A stretch of DNA of 64,000 nt from assembly GCA_036381415.1 (NCBI GenBank), contig DASVCV010000007.1:1229-65228 (forward strand). The letters run 5' to 3'. The translations under genes and the position numbers were made by a program. Below are positions 58,342 to 64,000 of the stretch, piece after piece (within the stretch, counting starts at the first letter, position 1; each line of letters opens with the position of its first letter). Source of the stretch: Patescibacteria group bacterium. GTDB taxonomy: Bacteria > Patescibacteriota > Microgenomatia > UBA8517. A model generated the notes under the pieces. That model had not been told where the DNA came from. It saw only the letters and a program-made list of their open reading frames with translations, and ran no database searches.

Positions 58342-60024
58342 ATGAAAATATCTTTTTCAGAATTACTTCAAAAATACCTATTATCTGTAGGAATTAATAA
58401 GATGTATGGAATTGTGGGAAGAGAAGACGCTATTTTGTCATTTAATACACTAAAGGATTTTGAATTTGTATTAACTCGACATGAGATGACAGCGGGAGTT
58501 ATGGCAAGTGCTATCTCAAGCTTTACAAAAAGTCCACAAGTTTGTTTTGGAACATTAGGGCCTGGTATTACAAATTACATGACCGCGCTTGCAACAGCAA
58601 CCATGGATCGCCACCCTTTAGTTTTAATCGTGGCTCAAATGGAAACGCCATATATTATTCATAATGACATGCATCAATGCCTTGACAATGTTTCTATTGC
58701 AAAACCACTTGCTAAATATACCTATGAACTCAAAAGTCCAAAAGAACTCAAGACCGTTCTTGAGTCAGCATTTAAAGCATCGATGACTTTTCCTTTCGGT
58801 CCTTCAGTTATATCGGTACCAATTGACATCTTATCTGCTGACATAGAAATTGACCCCAAGTCAGAAATGAACCTAAACAAAGAATCAATTCTACCTTCCA
58901 CTGCTGAAGATTCAAATGTTGAGGAAATGATAAAAGAAGCAGCTAAAATCATAAAATACAGCAAAAATCCTTTAATTATAGCTGGCAATCTGGTAATTAA
59001 AGAAAAAGGATTGGGAAAGAAAATAAATGAATTTTCAAAAAGCACAAATATTCCTATGGTTACAACTTACTCAGCTAAAGGAATCATTGATAGGAATTCA
59101 AAATTAAATTATGGAGTACTAAGCTCTTATACCGATTCAGTCGTCGAACAGAGAGTTAATGAAATGATCTTTGATAAAGTAGATACAATTATCTTTTTAG
59201 GTTATGACTTATGTGAAAGACATCCTTTTGTTTGGACTAGTAATAGTGTGCCTAAAACTTTTATAAACATAAATCAATATCACAATAATATCCACAGAGC
59301 ATTAAATCCAAAAGTTAATGTAATTATGAAACTGGACAAAAGTCTATCTTTATTAAAACATCAATTAAAAGGCTATAAGAATAAAAAACTAGTCGATATG
59401 ACCAAAGTAAACAAAAAAATCGATAGTTTATTGGCAGATAAGACTGAATATAAGAACGGTATAACCCACCCTCAAGTCATGAATGCTTTGAATAATCATT
59501 ATAAAAGTGGATTTATATTAGCAAATGACATTGGGATGCATAGACACTTATCAAGTATCTTTTTTAAGAGTGCTAACCCAGAATATTATGTAACCTCAGA
59601 AGGTTTATCGTCATTTGGAACGGGTTTGGCTTTGGGTATGGGAGCCAAAATCGCAAACCCAACAAAACCTGTTGTAATGATCGCGGGCGATGGTGGATTT
59701 CATTCTAATGACGGTGACATTGAGACTGCGGTTAGGCTTGGTCTAAAGATGCTAATAATAGTTTTAAATAGCGGATCAAACGCATTAATTGAACGATATC
59801 AACTAAAAGGAAAGTATCAAAAAATAAATAAGAAAAACACATCGTTTGGTAAGGTAGACTTTGCTCTTCTTGCAAAAGCTAATGGATGTGAATCAGGAAT
59901 AGCCCACAACATAAAAGAATTAAACAAACTAATTGAAAAGGCTGATAAAATTAATGGCCCATTTCTTATCGAAGTACCAATTCATTACCCAAATCACTAC
60001 ACAAACGATCTTCCTAAAATATGA
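58342..60024 (+). CDS. Thiamine-pyrophosphate-dependent enzyme (acetolactate synthase / decarboxylase family)
   Basis: N-terminal Pyr domain (GTLGPGITNYMTALATATMDRHPLVLIVAQ). C-terminal TPP motif GDGGFHSNDGDIETAVRLGLKMLIIVLNSGSN. Confidence 0.75.
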   Translation: MKISFSELLQKYLLSVGINKMYGIVGREDAILSFNTLKDFEFVLTRHEMTAGVMASAISSFTKSPQVCFGTLGPGITNYMTALATATMDRHPLVLIVAQMETPYIIHNDMHQCLDNVSIAKPLAKYTYELKSPKELKTVLESAFKASMTFPFGPSVISVPIDILSADIEIDPKSEMNLNKESILPSTAEDSNVEEMIKEAAKIIKYSKNPLIIAGNLVIKEKGLGKKINEFSKSTNIPMVTTYSAKGIIDRNSKLNYGVLSSYTDSVVEQRVNEMIFDKVDTIIFLGYDLCERHPFVWTSNSVPKTFININQYHNNIHRALNPKVNVIMKLDKSLSLLKHQLKGYKNKKLVDMTKVNKKIDSLLADKTEYKNGITHPQVMNALNNHYKSGFILANDIGMHRHLSSIFFKSANPEYYVTSEGLSSFGTGLALGMGAKIANPTKPVVMIAGDGGFHSNDGDIETAVRLGLKMLIIVLNSGSNALIERYQLKGKYQKINKKNTSFGKVDFALLAKANGCESGIAHNIKELNKLIEKADKINGPFLIEVPIHYPNHYTNDLPKI

Positions 60025-60025
60025 A

Positions 60026-60553
60026 ATGAAATTAGTAAGCCAAAAAGAAGTTTATAAAAAAGGTAGTATTATCCTAACCGAAAAAGTTTTCCGTTCAGGA
60101 GACAAAGAAATTACAAGAGTCTCTTTAAGTTTAGGAAAAAATACCGTACTGATTATTCCTATTGGTAGGGATGGTAATTTCTATCTTGGCCAACAAAAAA
60201 GAGCCGACAATAGCAATTCTGTTTTAGAATTTCCAAATGGAGGAATAGAAAAAGATGAACGGGAATTAGACGCAGCCAAAAGAGAGCTTTCCGAGGAACT
60301 CGGCCTGGAGGGCGATATGGAATATCTGGGTGAATTTCGACCCTTTGATAATTTAGTGGATTTGAAAGTAACTGTTTTTATATGTAGAAATGCGGAAGTA
60401 CAAGATGACGTTATAAGATTAAGGCCTGATTTCTATGAAAAGATTGAAAGAAAAAGATTCAATGAAAAAGAAATTTACAATTTAATAAAGGAAGGAAAAA
60501 TCAAACACTCATATTTTCTAAGCGCACTTAGTTTATATAATTCACAAAATTAG
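60026..60553 (+). CDS. NUDIX hydrolase
   Basis: Nudix box GGIEKDERELDAAKRELSEELGL. Start is 2 nt after the TPP enzyme stop; the track ORF from 59933 is an upstream extension. Confidence 0.7.
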   Translation: MKLVSQKEVYKKGSIILTEKVFRSGDKEITRVSLSLGKNTVLIIPIGRDGNFYLGQQKRADNSNSVLEFPNGGIEKDERELDAAKRELSEELGLEGDMEYLGEFRPFDNLVDLKVTVFICRNAEVQDDVIRLRPDFYEKIERKRFNEKEIYNLIKEGKIKHSYFLSALSLYNSQN

Positions 60554-61674
60554 ATTAACTTTGGTATTTGATCTTCCATGAAGCCTATAAAACCTAAGGC
60601 GTTAAATACATCTTCGTAATTAAAATCTCCTCTAACTATTCCCAACGCCATAATCTTTGTCCAACGTATACACATCTCACCAACTAAGTCAGTTTTCTCT
60701 TTTTCTGAAAAATGTTCTGAATTAGCTTTATATCCATCTATAAAAGCTCTGGTTTTTTCAATGTTCAGTGAAGTTGCAATGGGTCTACGTAAAGTTGATG
60801 TGGCACCTGCATAGCTTAAACCGTCACAAAAAGAGAGAATTGCACCAGCAAGATCCCTTGTTCTCGGGCGAAAATTAACATTATCAAAATCATTCACAGC
60901 AATAACCTTACCCTGCTTATCATATACAAGATTAAAGGGTGCGTAATCGCCATGATTAACAATATAAGGTACGTCCCAATCTAGTTGGTCTTTATATCTG
61001 TCTACCAAAGACCGTAAAGCAGATATAGTTCTTCCTCTCCAAACGTCATTCTCTGCTCCTCTAAGCTGATCTGCCAAATCAACAAATTGCAATGCATCTT
61101 CACTTGCATGCAAATTGTGCGGATTAGAAAAACTAAATTCTTGCGACTGAGAATGCATTACACCTAATGCTTCACCAGCTCCTTGTACATCCAGTATGCT
61201 TCCGTTAAACATTCTTCCGTCTGTATATTCTGTAGTGAAAAAATATTTTTCACCGAGTCTTAAATACGAATCACCGGAAGTCGTTTGAATAATTCTTGGA
61301 ACAAAGCCAGTTCTTTCCGATAAAAATGCTTGAAATTGTGCTGATAGAGTAAGACTGTACGGAGTGCAACAATATCCTGGTTTCTCTTTAATAAAATATC
61401 TATTCTTTCCGTTATCTACAATTACTTTTCTACTTGTTGTAGAAAAAGCAGCAGATGAGTCACAGCTGATTATAGTACCCAATGAGTATTCATCAACTAA
61501 TATTTTAGCTAATGAATTACCGGGTCCTAACAGTATCATGTCTACTGAATTTAGATCTCTACCGTATACAGCAGGTCTTGTTTCTGTTGAGGCAGTAGTC
61601 GGCTGCATAACAACCACATCGTCTCCTTGAGAGCTTACAGATGCAGGTAATAATTTACTTTTATGTTCAACCAT
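60550..61674 (-). CDS. APH/ChoK-fold small-molecule kinase (paralog 2)
   Basis: HGDYAPFNLVY and VNDFDNVN. Roughly 35-40% identity to the 57285..58325 product by eye (YF.KEKP...TEY..GR..NGS). Confidence 0.65.
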   Translation of the reverse strand: MVEHKSKLLPASVSSQGDDVVVMQPTTASTETRPAVYGRDLNSVDMILLGPGNSLAKILVDEYSLGTIISCDSSAAFSTTSRKVIVDNGKNRYFIKEKPGYCCTPYSLTLSAQFQAFLSERTGFVPRIIQTTSGDSYLRLGEKYFFTTEYTDGRMFNGSILDVQGAGEALGVMHSQSQEFSFSNPHNLHASEDALQFVDLADQLRGAENDVWRGRTISALRSLVDRYKDQLDWDVPYIVNHGDYAPFNLVYDKQGKVIAVNDFDNVNFRPRTRDLAGAILSFCDGLSYAGATSTLRRPIATSLNIEKTRAFIDGYKANSEHFSEKEKTDLVGEMCIRWTKIMALGIVRGDFNYEDVFNALGFIGFMEDQIPKLI

Positions 61675-61745
61675 AGTTTTACCGAATAACCGAAGTTTAG
61701 ATCAAAACCTGATCCTAAGTCAAACATTTTATAATAGCTAACTAA

Positions 61746-61773
61746 TTGACTTTTTGTTCAAATGAATTAGAAT
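61746..61773 (+). promoter_or_regulatory. Sigma-70-like promoter for aspS (TTGACT -16 nt- TAGAAT)
   Basis: Read directly from the sequence. Confidence 0.35.
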
Positions 61774-61779
61774 ATATCC

Positions 61780-61935
61780 ATAAGCGTTGATGTATTAACA
61801 CTACGGAGCTTGAGGAAGAAAAGTTTAAACACTTATTAGAACCTCGCAATAAATTAAGAACCAGCTTTTGGTGGCACCTCGATAAGGCCGAAGCACGCAA
61901 ATATAGGCGTGCTTTTTTATTGGTTTATTTAAAAT
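61780..61935 (+). promoter_or_regulatory. T-box-like leader/attenuator of aspS
   Basis: UUGGUGGCACCUCG (61868-61881) resembles T-box AGGGUGGNACCGCG. A terminator hairpin aagcacgc/gcgtgctt plus T6 at 61891-61919 ends 16 nt before the ATG. Confidence 0.45.
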
Positions 61936-63348
61936 ATGAAAAGAACTTTAATCAAAGAAACAGTTAACGAAGTTGGCCGTAAAGTAAAACTTCAAGGGTG
62001 GATTAATGTTATACGTGATCACGGAAAAATAACCTTTATTGACCTGAGAGATAGAACTGGGATCATACAGTGTGTGGGAAAAGATTTACCCAAATTAAAT
62101 GCAGAGGATGTAGTTGAGATAACTGGAAAAGTAAGTGAACGACCGGAAAAACTGGTCAATAAAGAATTAGAAACTGGAAAAGTCGAACTGCAAATTGAAG
62201 AAGTAAAGGTTGTAAGTAAAGCAAAAGAATTGCCTTTTCCAATTGATACTGATGGATACGAACTTGATGAAGAGTTAAGAAATAAATACCGTTATCTTGA
62301 TTTAAGAAGACCAAGAATGGCCAGAAATATTCGTATAAGGTCAAAGGTTACACAGTTTATGAGAAATTGGTTAACAAAGCGTGACTTTGTAGAAATAGAA
62401 ACACCTATTCTAACCAAGACAACACCTGAAGGAGCAAGAGATTTTTTGGTTCCATCCCGACTTCAACATGGTAAATTTTATGCTCTTCCTCAATCTCCAC
62501 AACAATATAAACAACTTTTAATGGTTGCTGGATTTGAAAAGTACTTTCAGTTGGCTAGAGTTTTTCGAGATGAAGATCCGAGGAAAGATCGCGCATATGG
62601 TGAATTTACACAACTTGACATTGAAATGTCGTTTGTAAGTCAAGAAGATATTTTACAGATGGCTGAACAGTTATTTACAGAATTGGTAAACGAGATTTTT
62701 CCTGAAAAAAGAATTCAAAAATCTCCATGGCCGAGAATTTCCCACAAAGAAGCAAAAGAAAAATACGGCAACGATAAGCCTGATTTACGAGAGGATAAAA
62801 ATGATCCAAATGAGTTGGCGTTTTGTTGGGTAATTGATTTTCCGCTCTTTACAGAACAGACAAAAGACGATTTCTTCCACGGATCCGGAAAAGCTAAATG
62901 GGCTCCATCTCATCATATGTTTACAGCCCCTCATCCAGACGACATAAAGCTTTTGGACACCAATCCTGGTAAAGTTCGGGGTCTACAACACGATATGGTA
63001 TTAAACGGCTTTGAGGTAGGTGGGGGAAGTGTTAGGATTCATGATTCAAAAGTACAAACTAAAATATTTGATTTAATAGGCTTTTCAGAGAAACAAAAAC
63101 ATGAATTTGAGCATATGTTAAATGCTTTTACTTACGGGGTTCCTCCCCATGGTGGAATTGCCCCCGGGCTTGATAGATTTATGATGACCGTATTAGGTGA
63201 ACCTAGTGTCCGTGAAGTAATGGCCTATCCGACATCTTCTTCTGGCCAGGTTTCTGTTATGGATGCACCTAGTGAAGCAACTGAAGGACAATTGAAAGAA
63301 TTGGGAATTAAAGTAGACAAGAAAGACAAGAAAAAGACTAATGATTAA
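61936..63348 (+). CDS. aspS: Aspartyl-tRNA synthetase, short archaeal/eukaryal-type (no GAD insertion)
   Basis: 470 aa. N-terminal OB fold and class II motifs (FRDEDPRKDRAYGEFTQLDIEMSF, GGIAPGLDRFMMTVLG). Confidence 0.88.
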   Translation: MKRTLIKETVNEVGRKVKLQGWINVIRDHGKITFIDLRDRTGIIQCVGKDLPKLNAEDVVEITGKVSERPEKLVNKELETGKVELQIEEVKVVSKAKELPFPIDTDGYELDEELRNKYRYLDLRRPRMARNIRIRSKVTQFMRNWLTKRDFVEIETPILTKTTPEGARDFLVPSRLQHGKFYALPQSPQQYKQLLMVAGFEKYFQLARVFRDEDPRKDRAYGEFTQLDIEMSFVSQEDILQMAEQLFTELVNEIFPEKRIQKSPWPRISHKEAKEKYGNDKPDLREDKNDPNELAFCWVIDFPLFTEQTKDDFFHGSGKAKWAPSHHMFTAPHPDDIKLLDTNPGKVRGLQHDMVLNGFEVGGGSVRIHDSKVQTKIFDLIGFSEKQKHEFEHMLNAFTYGVPPHGGIAPGLDRFMMTVLGEPSVREVMAYPTSSSGQVSVMDAPSEATEGQLKELGIKVDKKDKKKTND

Positions 63349-64000
63349 TAATTCGAATTAGTTGTTTTTCTTTTTTAATATCAATCTCCACCGTTCCACC
63401 AATCGGAAAAGTAATTTTAGGATCAGTATGTCCAAAGTCTACATTTGCAACAATAGGCATAAGGTCCAATTCTTTTTTTGTTTTTATTATCTTTACAAGT
63501 AAATCGCTGGACATTTTACTTTCGTTTTGAAATCTTCCTATTATTAATCCTTTTACCCCGTCAAATCCCGGTTGATGAATTAAAGATTGCAAATCTCTAT
63601 CAAAATGTTTAGAATCAGATTCGGAGTCGTCCTCTACAAAAATAATTGAATCTTTCAAATTAGGCATATACTCAGTCCCTTGCAAAAGATTAAAGGTATT
63701 AAGATTTCCGCCAATAATATTTCCTTCTGTCTTTTCGCCCTCATTAATAACTAAAAATCCGTCATTACCAATAAGTTTTCGGTCATTTTGATTCTTATAC
63801 CACATATCATCACTCCACTGATTACTAGAAGTTATATCAAAAGGCTTAGTCTCAAAAAGACACTTCTTGAAATAATCAAGTGTGTAATCAAAATAAAGTT
63901 TTTGGCCGAATGAAGAATAATGTGGACCATAATATGTCATTAAACCTGACTTAACCAAAAATGCATTATTGAGAATAGTTACGTCTGAATATCCACAAAA
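63338..64000 (-). CDS. Peptidase S66 family (LD-carboxypeptidase LdcA / microcin C7 immunity MccF-like), 5' end beyond the window
   Basis: The frame stays open to the window edge. Upstream in-frame sequence contains CGYSDVTIL (S66 catalytic Ser motif GxSDxT). C-terminal VDFGHTDP supplies the His. Overlaps the aspS 3' end by 11 nt. Confidence 0.65.
   Translation of the reverse strand, partial: FCGYSDVTILNNAFLVKSGLMTYYGPHYSSFGQKLYFDYTLDYFKKCLFETKPFDITSSNQWSDDMWYKNQNDRKLIGNDGFLVINEGEKTEGNIIGGNLNTFNLLQGTEYMPNLKDSIIFVEDDSESDSKHFDRDLQSLIHQPGFDGVKGLIIGRFQNESKMSSDLLVKIIKTKKELDLMPIVANVDFGHTDPKITFPIGGTVEIDIKKEKQLIRIINH

Noticed and set aside
55249-64000. Canonical microcin C (mccABCDEF) operon
   Set aside because: There is no ThiF/E1-like MccB adenylyltransferase, no short precursor-peptide ORF and no MFS exporter. 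Only the methyltransferase and S66 peptidase are reminiscent, so I assert no more than a loose analogy.

Overview
The window is 64 kb of an AT-rich (roughly 35-40% GC) bacterial chromosome with compact, often overlapping genes. Many proteins are reduced in size: a minimal DNA polymerase III delta-prime, a 423-aa ThrRS, a 470-aa AspRS, and a trigger factor without a PPIase domain. This is consistent with a small-genome Patescibacteria/CPR-like organism, which is an inference, not a demonstrated fact. Contents, in order: (1) an ABC transporter pair, typA, a SIMPL protein, ppa and gyrB; (2) an 11.9-kb type IV pilus locus (pilB-pilT-pilC-pilin-pilD, six more pilin-like genes, a PilX-like gene, pilM-pilN-pilO); (3) a minus-strand block KH-rpsP-rnc-nusB-rpmF-recG-tyrS (rpmF is absent from the ORF track); (4) a PBP1A gene; (5) the classical thrS-infC-rpmI-rplT-pheS-pheT cluster, preceded by tRNA-Val/tRNA-Ala and with T-box-like attenuator leaders at thrS and pheS; (6) a variable region with hypothetical genes, a LexA-like HTH plus Y-family polymerase pair, two LAGLIDADG-type homing-endonuclease-like genes sitting against tRNA genes, a six-tRNA array (Arg-Gly-Phe-Val-Leu-Leu), an archaeo-eukaryotic-type DRG GTPase and pyrG; (7) after a tRNA-Leu/Pro/Gly trio, a lower-GC six-gene accessory island: an AsnRS-derived class II synthetase core lacking the anticodon-binding domain, a SAM methyltransferase, two paralogous APH-fold kinases, an ALS-family TPP enzyme and a NUDIX hydrolase; this island abuts aspS (with a T-box-like leader) and a convergently overlapping S66 (MccF/LdcA-type) peptidase. 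I found 14 tRNA genes by hand-folding, no CRISPR array and no rRNA.
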